A DNA stretch of 58,841 bases from Perkinsus olseni (lineage: Eukaryota). Below, in pieces: positions 1 to 10,588 of this stretch. The stretch spans positions 1 to 58,841 of the forward strand of contig JABANN010000161.1 in assembly GCA_013115125.1 (NCBI GenBank), given 5' to 3'. Made by a program: the position numbers and the translations under genes. Below the pieces are notes generated by a model. The model searched no databases, was not told where the DNA came from, and saw nothing but the letters and a program-made list of their open reading frames with translations. How positions within the stretch are numbered: the stretch's first letter is position 1; each line of letters begins with the position of its first letter.

Positions 1-70
<70 letters not shown>

Positions 71-71
71 G
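1..71. repeat. (TGT)n microsatellite, about 23 units, at the 3' end of an intron
   Basis: Perfect TGT repeat from base 1, ending just before a GCAG acceptor (71-74). Confidence 0.95.
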
Positions 72-74
72 CAG

Positions 75-405
75 AAAGCCTTGAAGGTGGATATGCGTGT
101 TGGAGCACCGTCGCCTGGCCATAAGGCAAGCATCGACCACATGCTGGAGTATGCTGTCTATGGCCCTCACTGGATCGGAAAGTCAGTCGGATCATGGCGG
201 ATCATCAGAATCGGACCCCGCTAGGTACCTCCCTCACACTGGTGTGAAGGGCGGCGGCGAAGGCCTGTACTGTATACAGCCCTCGGCAGTAAAGTCCAAT
301 ATGCACTGGGGGAAGCCCTTCCACTATACCAGTCTAGCTAACGATGCTGGTTACCAGCCTGATAAGCACGAAATGTGGAAGTTCATGGCCGTTGACCCAC
401 GCTGA
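75..405 (+). CDS. 3' end of an uncharacterised gene (two exons, intron about 182-224)
   Basis: KALKVDMRVG...HWIGK splices in frame (AA|GT...AG|G) to YLPHTGVKGG...VDPR*. Confidence 0.5.
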
Positions 406-691
406 GCAAGAGGTGTTTCTCCCTGCATCTTGTTGTGATAGTTACTTCTAACTGCCACTCCTGTGCCTTCTACGGCCCAGCAGCTCTTCGACTCCTTCTC
501 TTTTCAGTCGGGAGTCACTCACTCACGGAGTCCATAACTATGATGCTGTTGATATCTTCACGTTCTTGCTAGAAAACAAGATCGTAAAGTCTGTCTCGAA
601 GTGGGTGAGCAAGTCTCAATGAGACATCTCGAAGTAGCATAGGTTGGGATTTCGAAGATGACCATCTCATTCTTAGTGATACGGGGAAGGG

Positions 692-1810
692 ATGGTATCA
701 AAACGTATCGCATCAGCGTTTAATCTACAGCTAATGCCCGGTGGTCTCTCGAGAGGACAGCCTCACAGCCTGTCTTGCACAGCGCTGCCAAGCGCCGCTC
801 TCTCCAATCCGTCCGGGTATTCCGGTGCGGTCAGTCGTGAACAGCGGAGGGTGATGAGAGATCGACAGCAGTTGAACGCCTCTTCAGTTCTGTTGACGCA
901 GTCCATTGATGATATCAAGAGGCTGAGAGATAAGGCCCGGCTTATCCGCAATCGTCGCTCGTCGCAGCTGAGCACGCACTTTGAAGAAACTGGATTCTCA
1001 GAACAGGGTCTATCCCCGCTGGGGACGCTCCAATCGCTCTGTGGCTGGCCAGACCGGGAGGCGTCATCGGTTCTGAGAAGACGTGTGCACACCGATTTGG
1101 ATACCTCTCTGCGGTCCCTGCCAGTCTGCTCGAGTGAAGTAGCCGCGGCTAGAAGGAAGGTCAGTCGGCGGCCGAGTAAGATGCTCATACGCAAGTCCTT
1201 CGAGGATGCACCTGAGACTCCCATTAGAAGGGTACCGGATGGGTATGGGCGGAGAGTTCTCACATCGACCCCCTTGGATTTCGGGGATGTATGGTACGGA
1301 GAGGAAACAGCCGAGCAAGCTCGCGCTCCTGGCCGAGCTAACGTCTGCGATGAAGGGCCTCCACGTGCTGAGAGAATAGGCCTCGCAGAGGGCCTGAGAC
1401 AAATCCGTGAGCTCCTTGAGCGTACAGAGCGGGCGATGGAAGAGCAAGCGGATCGGCGCCCTGTGGTGGAAGCTGCTGTGCAGACCGACGCCAACGGCAA
1501 TCGCGCTGAGGTCGGAGTTCAAGTGGACCTGGCTGGCGATGATGGTTTTGTATTGGGGATGAGGAAGCAGGATTATGAAGGAAAGGTGGAGGCGAGCGAG
1601 CCCAGTTCGTGCCCTGCCTCGACGAGAGCAACCAACTCCGCGTCGGTATCCTTGATCCACGGTGAGGCCGTGAGCCCCTTAGCGGAAGTAAACAGCCCCC
1701 CGATGGAAGCGCAAGTCGCCACTCGCGGTGACAAAACTGGGCCGATGACTGATTGCTTCCGCGGCGCTTGCGAACTGTTGAGTAACTGGCGAGGACGACG
1801 GGGCCGCTGA
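692..1810 (+). CDS. Hypothetical protein (Arg/Ser-rich, coiled-coil segment); true start uncertain
   Basis: 372-codon ORF; no recognisable domain. Confidence 0.55.
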   Translation: MVSKRIASAFNLQLMPGGLSRGQPHSLSCTALPSAALSNPSGYSGAVSREQRRVMRDRQQLNASSVLLTQSIDDIKRLRDKARLIRNRRSSQLSTHFEETGFSEQGLSPLGTLQSLCGWPDREASSVLRRRVHTDLDTSLRSLPVCSSEVAAARRKVSRRPSKMLIRKSFEDAPETPIRRVPDGYGRRVLTSTPLDFGDVWYGEETAEQARAPGRANVCDEGPPRAERIGLAEGLRQIRELLERTERAMEEQADRRPVVEAAVQTDANGNRAEVGVQVDLAGDDGFVLGMRKQDYEGKVEASEPSSCPASTRATNSASVSLIHGEAVSPLAEVNSPPMEAQVATRGDKTGPMTDCFRGACELLSNWRGRRGR

Positions 1811-1983
1811 TTGCTGGCTAGTGCCGATGCCGCGCAGTATTTGTAGCATCGGAGATCGTAGCACGACACCATCATAATGCATAGCATAGTTATGTATAGT
1901 TAGTGAAGCATCGCTTTCATCTTGCGTTACAGTAGTTATAGGTGATAGTGACTTGCCCACTCATTGGAACGTTCCACTCGTCT

Positions 1984-2021
1984 TGATGGCGATCTGATGG
2001 CGATCTGATGGCGATCTGATG
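1984..2021. repeat. 11-bp tandem repeat (TGATGGCGATC) x about 3.5
   Basis: Seen directly in sequence. Confidence 0.9.
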
Positions 2022-3909
2022 CACTGGGATGTCTGATTTGACGTCTCGTTCGACGCAAACTATTCTCAAAGCATAGCCGTGGCGATGGGCCTCCTTGTAG
2101 ACGCGGGGTATACTGTACGGGAAGATGGGATGTCAACACCGATGCATCAGCCTCTCATATCGTGCTTGGAGGGAGGGGAGGTCGTTCAAGAGAGCTAGCC
2201 GCTGCTCACCAGCCTCGCTTATGAGGCCACTTGGGCTCTCATATACACCTGCCGGAAATGTGTCTAGCATTAAACATGTGAACTAATGGTCATCCCTCCC
2301 TCGCACGAAGAGGACTCAGCGTTTAGTCAGGGGTCCTGGCGGCCGATCGCTGGGCTCAGGTACTGCTCTTACCTTCTTGAATAGTATTCAAGAGCATTGC
2401 TGGTCACGGATTTCTCTACGTAGCGTTCCAGTACGGCGATCTCGCGTACACTTGATACAGTTGACCAATGAGAGGCCTCATTATCGGCTCGTTTCTGTGT
2501 GGGGCGGTCGTATCACAGCAATTCAACTACGCACCATACCCGAAAGAGATGCGACTTATAGAGGTGCAGTTGAGAGATGGTCATCCTTCGGGGTCTCCCC
2601 TCTTCGGCCGCTTAGGTGCAGCTTCAGGGATCGCCTGAGCCAGACTCACCCGCCTCCAACTGTTCTTTCAGAGCAACGTACCAACTCATGCCGATTCCCT
2701 CATTCCAAGGTTAGTTTCTCTCCCCTGCTCCAAAAGCAGTTTTTGAGACGTCCTACCTCAGAGCGGCAGTTAGTATGCTTCACGTTTGACCTCCCTCGAA
2801 AGGGCTTGGTGGTTCTCCGTGGTGTCCCCGAGCCTGCGGAGATCACTCTAGACCTTGTATGTCAAACAAGCTTGCCCGTAGCCCGGCTGAGCTCTAGCCA
2901 TTCTTCAAGGTAGGCGGACTATGTGAACAACCACGATGTTTGTCGACACCGTTCGAGATCTCTGCAGCGTGTTGCCCGGTAGAGGACTGTCGGACTGATC
3001 ACGGAAAGACTCCAATGGGGATTTCTCGTCTCGCCGAGAAATGAATTCCACAACATACGTTCGATGTTCGTACGTCGACTCGTTGCTGCAAGACTTGGGT
3101 AAAGCATAGATTCGTCCGCATGAGCTGGTGAAGTGGATTATCCCCTATTGTAGGAGCCCTCTCTTGCCTCCTCCAAATGGAAGCGCGAAGGGTATGACGT
3201 GGCTGAGCCCATCGGATGATATCACACACGTGAACGTTCATTTTTATATCCGACCATCCTCGAGTCTTCAAGTGTTGCCTTGCTTATCCCCGAGGTGTGT
3301 TGCAATGGCAAAGGAGCCGCTTACTTTGCAAAGTGCTGTGGTGAGTGTGCAATACTGAATGGGTTTTGTGTGTTTTCGAGAGATGTATTTTCAGGGAGGA
3401 TATTGCCCCTTTCTCACGCTCATCTGCTGGACGCTACTCCTCGTTTTGTCATACATTTATTGTCTCATTGAGTATAGCGGTATAAAGTGTGCCGAAGTCG
3501 TTCTACTGTTCGCAGCGTATGAGACTCCTTCGCCTTGGATCCGCAGTTCAGTTATAGCGCTTCTGGTTCGTGGTATCTTCTGTTTCTGACTTACTCGGGA
3601 GTCCCGAGTCGGGACTCTCATGCGGTGTTCCCCTCGCTGGCCATTCGCTCACGTTACGGGCACTACGCTCATGTTACGTGTGTCATGGGCACTATAACAC
3701 CAAGGTGTTGTGTCAAATACAATTGATTGAGGGCCTAGCCCTTTCTTCAGTGGGTTACAAGACTTGAGAAATCCTTCAGAATTTGAAGTTAGCCGTCTCA
3801 GACAGCCGATCTCCCAAAGCTGCTCGTTTCACCGGAGAAATTAGCTTCTCAATCTGCAGCGGCTGCGGATCCAGTCAGAACATCTGCCTCAGAAGTTATA
3901 TCACGAAAT

Positions 3910-3981
3910 AGTCGCTACCCGGATTTGAACCGGGGTTGTCACGGCCACAACGTGACGTCCTAACCACTAGACGATAGCGAC
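3910..3981 (-). tRNA. tRNA-His(GTG)
   Basis: GTCGCTA TC GTCT AGTGGTT AGGAC G TCACG TTGTGGC CGTGA CAAC CCCGG TTCAAAT CCGGG TAGCGAC: complete cloverleaf, 7/7 acceptor pairs, GTG anticodon. Confidence 0.95.
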
Positions 3982-3995
3982 AGATTCAGAACTGG

Positions 3996-4091
3996 AAAAC
4001 TTCACTCGCTGTGATCGTTAGTCTGTGATACGACCGCAGCAAGGACCTCCAGATCTTCAGTCTGGCGCTCTCCCAACTGAGCTATCTGGGC
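3996..4091 (-). ncRNA. tRNA-Phe(GAA) 5' two-thirds fused to a 14-bp hairpin and T4 (pseudo-tRNA or tRNA-derived ncRNA)
   Basis: Canonical nt 1-52 GCCCAGATAGCTCAGTTGGGAGAGCGCCAGACTGAAGATCTGGAGGTCCTTG; no TTCRA loop or 3' acceptor strand; hairpin at 4005-4043. Confidence 0.8.
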
Positions 4092-5794
4092 TACAAAAAC
4101 AGTCTTATTCTTCGGAGCCGAGCAGGGCAAATAGCTGGACGCAAGGGTCGGAGTAGGCGGAAAGCGACAACCGATGCTTATGAGGTTCCCAGAACCTTCG
4201 GCTGCGACTAAAGCCTTCCTGATCACGCGAGCAAGGTTGCCGTGAACCTAACGATTAAGATCCGAAGAGATTACGATCCCAGCTTATCGGCACGTTGCCC
4301 GGGTGGGCTCAGCCACTGTCCAAGCACTGCTATGACCGAGTTTTTCTCCGCCTCATTGCTATCAGGGTGGCCTGAGGATCAGGTCCTGAGCCGCTCTCTG
4401 TCGGAGATTCTCTGAACTTGACACAGTAAGGAGTGGTCGGAGGCAGACTGCCTCAGGAAGTTTGTGGAAAGCCAGGAGTTGCCTCCAACAACTCGGTGGT
4501 CACCAGCGGAAGAAGCGAGAACCTTCCTCGCTTTCTCGCAACAGAAAATTGAAGTCTTTATGTTTGTGTAGCGTTATTATTGTGGTAGGCAGTGGTTGGC
4601 CTTCCACCGATATTCTACTCCCGTGTAATTCTGCTCGGCAACTTCGGGGCTAACCTAATACCGAATTTTCGCGCGATATTTACGACGCGGAGGCTTTAGA
4701 AAACCTTTAGGACGTGTATATTCGTCTAGGTCGCCTCGAAAGTGTCATGGTAGCAATCCTACGTAGAAGAATCGGCGAAATTACCACGCAGAGGCCAGGC
4801 GCACAATACATAGACTTGTGCGCAACGGTCCTGCGATCAAGATCGCAGTACCTCAACGAAAGTACTTAGAGCTAGTATGGTGCTAGATGAGAAACAACCG
4901 TACAAAGTAATGGTTATGATGATGGCGGACGCGAGTTTGACCCAGCCCGCCACTCCCTGGATGTGGAGGTAGGATACTAGAGGTTGGAGCCTCCAACCTG
5001 GTTGCTGTGTCGAGTCAACACTGTTGGCCGCAGCCATCCAAGTCTTGTATGGCTGTGGTCTCGGATTCCGAGAGGAAGGGAATTGTCGGTCGGGCAAGTA
5101 GATAGTGTAGTCGCGGCTTACATTGGGAGGTTTACATTAATGAGCATGCAGACGAAAAGAGCATTTCTCAAGATGGCAGCAATGCTCTCGGATCGGACGA
5201 TTCAGGTTACGAACCTATCGAGGATTTTTCATCTTCCTCCGACAGTCCTTAGGTTGCTTTTCCGTCATCAATGTTATGCGAGGCCCGCATTGCGAGCTGC
5301 CAGAGTCTTCATGAATGTGATGTCTTGTTGTTGATTTGTCCTAGGATCGTGTGCAATGTTGCGATAGCGGAATTTTTCCTCGATATATGCCTGTTGGGAA
5401 GAATGATCTACTGCCAAGCGCTATCGAATTTTCATGCAAATTTCTATTATGAGAGACACAGTATTGTGCTGATCCGTCGGAGGCGCCCAAGGCCCTCAAC
5501 CGTCTGATGAAGGCTATTATGGACCACTTGGATACCATATCTGCTGATCGGAGAGGCACCCAGCAAGACTAGCGACGGATTCGGGAGCAGCAGTGCAGCG
5601 ACAGTGGGAAGAGCGCAGCAGCTGCCGACGCAAGGACGAGGCCCAAGACTTCAGGCTAAGAAGACTGCAGCAGCTGGCAGGCGGAAGAGGTTTGAAGGAC
5701 GGCATTGCGCAGGATTCATAAGGAAAGCTTCAATCGACTGAGTGCTCCTTTGGAGACATTTTATCGAACAGCATATCCGGTGAAGCGTTTGTTA

Positions 5795-7527
5795 CTACAC
5801 CTTTTCCCGGGCAAATAAAATGCTTTTCGTTTGATTTAAAAGGGCCTGGAAAACCGAAGTTTGTTTTAAAAAGTTTTCATCCACTTTAAACACTTTAGCA
5901 ATTTTAAAAACCTCATGTCACGCATATTAAATCCCACTTTTCATGCAATTTGAAATATACTACATTAGCCGCCTGTCAGGATTACTCGCGTAGTGAACCC
6001 GACCCAAAAGATGTACTGCAACTCAGAAGCAACCAAACGTATAGATAATACCCAAGGCGACACGAGTCACCAAAGCTATACGATACGTCGACAAACAACG
6101 TCAGACAACTTAGTCGAACAACTACGTCTGATTACGAAGCTACGAACGTAATCGATCTAGCGAAGCTTAGCTTGAAGCACCCGTCCCGCACTACACAAGT
6201 GCACAATTGTGCAGCGCTGTCCCGATTCCGGCCGAAACCCCACTTCACACCGTCACACGCCGAATTAGAGGGCGCGCGCGAAATTCGCGCATCCTCATTG
6301 TTCATTGCGTGCCTGATTAGGCGTTGCATTCCGTAGCTTTTGTCCCAATATGGTCAATGCCAATGCTGCCGGACGCCCACCCGCCCGCCGTGGTGTGCAA
6401 CCAGGGAGCGTGCGTGGTAAATACACCAAATATCAAGCTGACGTACGTCAACGAGTGCTGAGAGCTCAAGAGAAGGGGCTGAACTGGAAGGATGTTGCCA
6501 TCGCAAACGACGTGAAAATCAGCACGGCGAGAGGGTGGCTGAGACGCGAGGCCCTCGGTCAAGCTCCTAAAGCACGCGGTGGAAAGCGAGACGTGGCCAT
6601 GAAGATGATGGAGGTGCACGAAGAGTTTCTGCTCGAACAACTCGAGCACAACTGTCACTTGACTCTTGGAGAGATGATGGAGCTGCTAGAGAAGGAGTTC
6701 GACCTAAACATCAGCATTAGCACTATAGCAAGGCATTTGGACATGAAGCTATTTACCCTCAAACAGGTGAGAGCCATTTCCCATACGTTTTCTCACTACT
6801 ACGAGATATTGCTCACTCTCAGGCGCGGTTCGAACCACAGGGAGTGAACTCTGCCATCAACCGCAGCAAACGAAAGCAGTATGTTGAACGATTGCTACAA
6901 TTATCTGCCGATGGTTATAATATCCTGTATCAAGATGAAAGTAACATAAGTATCTACTGTCGGAGGACTCAGGGCAGAGCCCAGGCAGGAGACAGAGCGG
7001 TGAGCATTACGCCAAACACTCGAGGGCCCAATTTACACTGCATAGCGGTCTACAGTAGGAGCGAGGGCGTGGTGTACTCTCAGCTGAAGAGAGGTAGCTT
7101 GAAGAAGGAGGCTTTCATAGAATGGTTCGTCGACATGCTACGGGCGGTTAAGGAAGTACTCGAGTTGCCGGATACGGTATATAGTACACAGAGTAGCTCT
7201 GGACAATGTGAAACTGACATGTCACACGTGGCAGCGTTCCTCCAACACGAATCATTGTAGTGTCCTACCGTGTTTCATGAGCTCGGAGTATGTGTTCGAG
7301 TTGCAGGAAAGGATCGTACTAGCAGAATGATTCAGATAGCGAAATTGGATCAAAATCGATTTAAATAGAATGACACGGGTTAAATCGTATTTGCTCATAA
7401 TATTAATTTGGGTGACAAAACGAATTTGGTTTGACAATTTTTTAATTCCAATGACACTCGCTAAATTGCTATCAAAATGGTTTAAACCGAACGAGAAAAC
7501 ATTTTATTTGCTTGGGAAATGGTGTAG
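5795..7527 (+). mobile_element. IS630/Tc1/mariner-superfamily DNA transposon, defective
   Basis: About 45-bp imperfect TIRs (left CTACACCTTTTCCCGGGCAAATAAAATG; right, reverse-complemented, CTACACCATTTCCCAAGCAAATAAAATG) flanked by TA at 5793-5794 and 7528-7529; AT-rich subterminal DNA; transposase inside. Confidence 0.9.
6350..7280 (+). pseudogene. Transposase (HTH plus partial DDE domain) with intron 6767-6822; C-terminal catalytic part missing
   Basis: HTH-like N-terminus (LTLGEMMELLEKEFDLNISISTIARHL) and first Asp motif YQDES; no intact DNAxxH or PYSPxLNPIE motif. Confidence 0.8.
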
Positions 7528-8050
7528 TAGCAGTTATTCCGCCGTAGACTACGGCCTGTGGCGAGGCACGTGACAGATCAAGTGAGCTCGCCAGTTTTTC
7601 AACCTCACAAGTAGACAACCATCTCAAGTTGAGATTCTCAACTAGAGGCCCGTTGCGATGTCCCTGCCCAAAGTGCCGGAATAGTTGCTGGTCTTCTCCG
7701 TGCTGACTTCTAACCTCACCAGACTCGTTCTCAGACTTAGTCAGGCTTCATGCAGCTCCTTGGCCACCGGATTAAAGTCATTTGCCGAATTTCGGCAGTC
7801 CTCTTCGCCCAGCCATATACTTCTTGTGGCGCGCGTACAAGCTTTGCACGTGTATCACGGGCGGCCGCAGATCCATAATATGTCTTCTGTCCCCGCATGC
7901 CTGATTTACTCCGTAAATTTTACTGAGAGCCTCCCCCGCCCCCTTGAGGGAGACTTCGCCCTGAGGGACGCTTGAGTGATCCACGCGCGGCAGGAAAAGT
8001 GGCTTAGTGGTCTTCACTTCATCGGCATCTTCGTAGATTATACTCATCTC

Positions 8051-9757
8051 ATGATGGTACCCCTTCCCAGTCAGCTATTCCGTCTCCTCACGCTACTCAC
8101 CGCCGTTCTGCGCATCCCCGCCAGCGGTGGATCCACCCGTATGCAACTGGTAAGGAATACGTACTGCACCACCGGCCGAAGGGAGATTGGCATCCGTGGG
8201 AGCAGAGTCCCCTGCGGTATCTCTGACCAGGCTGGCACAGAAGGCCTTCCACTGCCAGGCATGGATGAGGGTGTCCTCACTTCAAGGGAGGATATCATTC
8301 TCACCAACGATGGTATGGTTCGAGTTACAGCTCTTCCCAATAGGCCGTACAAGTACCTACTTACGGCCAACTCAGAACGTTATAGTAGATTTGAGGAGAT
8401 CTTCGGAGGAGTTGCGACGGTCATCAACGAAGGCACAATGGATGTCAATGATGACTACGAGGCCCAAGGCAACGCTTTCAGACATTCGGCTAATCTAACT
8501 CAGTTCGGTTTCACTGAGCGTGAAAAGGCTGACCTCGACGGGGCCCCTGTACGAGTGTTTGAGGGCTTCGCCGCCAACATGCCGGGAGGCGATGTACTCA
8601 GCAACTTCGCCAAGGAGGGACTGGGCCCTGACGTCTTCACCATCTACATGGATGAGAAAGTTGAAGGCGAAGTGTTGAAAATGGAGGCCAGGAACAGCTA
8701 TGCGGGCAATGAACTTCACCAAGAGGTCAGGGTAACGGTTTATGGTGACCTTGACGGAGACATGAGCATTGAGGAGGCCGTTGACGAGCTCCATGATACT
8801 TACGCGAGTTCTTCGAGTACGGTGGCTAGAGCCTTGGCACAGAACCCGTTCGCGCGGACTGCAATCGATGGTCAGAGACACATGCCCGATGTAATTTCAG
8901 GAAGGTATCTCCCAGAGGAGGAACGCTTGTTTTACAAAGCTCACGAGGGGCGATGGGGGACTCTCGACTGGATGAAGTCTGGGTCACGTGCACGAGGTCT
9001 ACGTAGCGCGAACGTGTCGAGCCTATTCCCCCCTATCAAGTACTTTGAGATCGAACAGAACAGTGCTGCTGAGGAGTACTTCAAGAGCCACCACCAACCT
9101 AGGAGGCTGGTAACACTACACTTCCCCAAGGATTGTGACCTGAAGAAGAAGCCCAAAGATAATATTTTCTGTGTTGAAGCAAGTATAAACAGGGACGGGA
9201 GTAAGAACACAATTGATGTCTCTGGATCCCTGTTCGACCACTACTCTCCTGATAAGCGCATTGCGGCTGGATTCAAGGTGGTTCAGGAGAACAACGAAGC
9301 TGTTGACTTCCACATATCTGGCGGGGGCAGTGCTGTCGTCTTCTCGACCGACGGGGAAGTCCGTCTGGAAGCAACCGCCAATCTTGTCATCCTCGATGGT
9401 GGGAATCCCAGACATTTCTCAGGCGCAGTGGAGATTGCCTGTGGTTACAAGCTCACTGGCGAGGTGTCGCTGAAAGCTTCGTCCACCGAATTGCTCTCGG
9501 CCACGTTCGGTGGTGTAGGTGTTGTTGGCGGCGGTAAGAATAACCTGCTTGGCAACTATATACCCTTGAGTGGAGGACTCGATGCCGGAGTCGCCGGCTT
9601 TATCGTGGCGGGTAAGTTCCTAGTCCAATCAGCTGGCGGTAGCTTCCTGAGGTATACCCTCGATTTCCCTATAGCCTATGGCATCTGGGCCCCGTTCTAC
9701 AAGCACACCGGTACGCTGTTGGTCTTCAATGAGACCGAGTTCAGCCTTCTGAGATGA
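8051..9757 (+). CDS. Intronless secreted protein of unknown function (about 568 aa)
   Basis: Long ORF; hydrophobic signal-like N-terminus MMVPLPSQLFRLLTLLTAVL; Gly-rich, beta-like C-terminus. Confidence 0.8.
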   Translation: MMVPLPSQLFRLLTLLTAVLRIPASGGSTRMQLVRNTYCTTGRREIGIRGSRVPCGISDQAGTEGLPLPGMDEGVLTSREDIILTNDGMVRVTALPNRPYKYLLTANSERYSRFEEIFGGVATVINEGTMDVNDDYEAQGNAFRHSANLTQFGFTEREKADLDGAPVRVFEGFAANMPGGDVLSNFAKEGLGPDVFTIYMDEKVEGEVLKMEARNSYAGNELHQEVRVTVYGDLDGDMSIEEAVDELHDTYASSSSTVARALAQNPFARTAIDGQRHMPDVISGRYLPEEERLFYKAHEGRWGTLDWMKSGSRARGLRSANVSSLFPPIKYFEIEQNSAAEEYFKSHHQPRRLVTLHFPKDCDLKKKPKDNIFCVEASINRDGSKNTIDVSGSLFDHYSPDKRIAAGFKVVQENNEAVDFHISGGGSAVVFSTDGEVRLEATANLVILDGGNPRHFSGAVEIACGYKLTGEVSLKASSTELLSATFGGVGVVGGGKNNLLGNYIPLSGGLDAGVAGFIVAGKFLVQSAGGSFLRYTLDFPIAYGIWAPFYKHTGTLLVFNETEFSLLR

Positions 9758-9774
9758 GCATATAACCTCATGGT

Positions 9775-10530
9775 TTCCATCTTGACCACAACCAGCGCTA
9801 TTCTGCTCAGGCGCGATGAAGCTCTACGATTGAGTAATGTCGGTCATGCTCGTCAACTTCATCATCGTCAATTGTGCGCGTATATAGCGCAGTAGTCGCG
9901 CTCTTGACAGAATGGCTTGCTATGTCCGTCCATTTTTCATATTATCCTTCGTCTGTCGATCATGTTCTTGAATCGCTCTATTGTCTAGTCCCTGCATCGT
10001 CGGCATGGACTGTCGGATTGCCGCTCTGGGTAAGGCGTCCCTCATGGCTCCACTTTATTACTCAGTACTACATTTCATATACCTGATCTTGAGCTTCGCT
10101 CACGCGGCCAATGCTCGCTTCTCATTAGTTCTATAGAGTGTCTTGATCTTGTCTTTCAACTACCTTCCAGTCACATCTGTTATGACCTCTTGTTATGCTG
10201 TCATCATGTCAACTCTGTTCGTCGTACAATTCTGCGCTCAAGTCTTATACTTATGGATGAGAAGCTCTCCATTACTCTGAAGACATCACAGGAGTCATCG
10301 ATGGAGCCATCACATCCATTACTCAAGCAAAGCTTTGTTGATCGAAGACAGTTTAGCAGGTCATGGTCAAGTGGCGTTAACAGTTCGGGCTTAAGACTAA
10401 ATCACCACTCACATTATAGCCTGCCCAACAGCGACACATGGCCTCATGAAAACCTCTTGTCTCCGACTATTTGCACGAAAACTGGAGGACATATGAATTC
10501 ACCGTCAACACCACTCCTGACTGTAGGGAA
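9775..10530 (+). mobile_element. Possible decayed LTR-retrotransposon integrase relic
   Basis: Across stops and frameshifts: CRSC (zinc-finger half), SVDHV...YCLV, then ...ENWRTYEFTVNTTP, in integrase order. Confidence 0.3.
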
Positions 10531-10588
10531 AGATGGACGCAACTGGCGTGAGTGAGCCGAGCGTTGCAAAGACGGAAGGCGGAAAGCC

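Noticed and set aside
3-224. Poly-Leu ORF
   Set aside because: Translation of an intronic TGT microsatellite.
2895-2914. Spliced-leader-like TAGCCATTCTTCAAGGT
   Set aside because: Gapped, partial match only; no convincing SL RNA context.
4296-4315. Candidate permuted 3' half of tRNA-Phe (CCCGGGCA)
   Set aside because: Two acceptor mismatches and no T-loop.
4100-4345. Possible snRNA, SRP or MRP RNA next to the tRNAs, bounded by T-runs
   Set aside because: No diagnostic U-snRNA, SRP or RNase P/MRP motifs found by eye.
6826-6837. B-box-like GGTTCGAACC
   Set aside because: Lies in transposase coding sequence (ARFEP).
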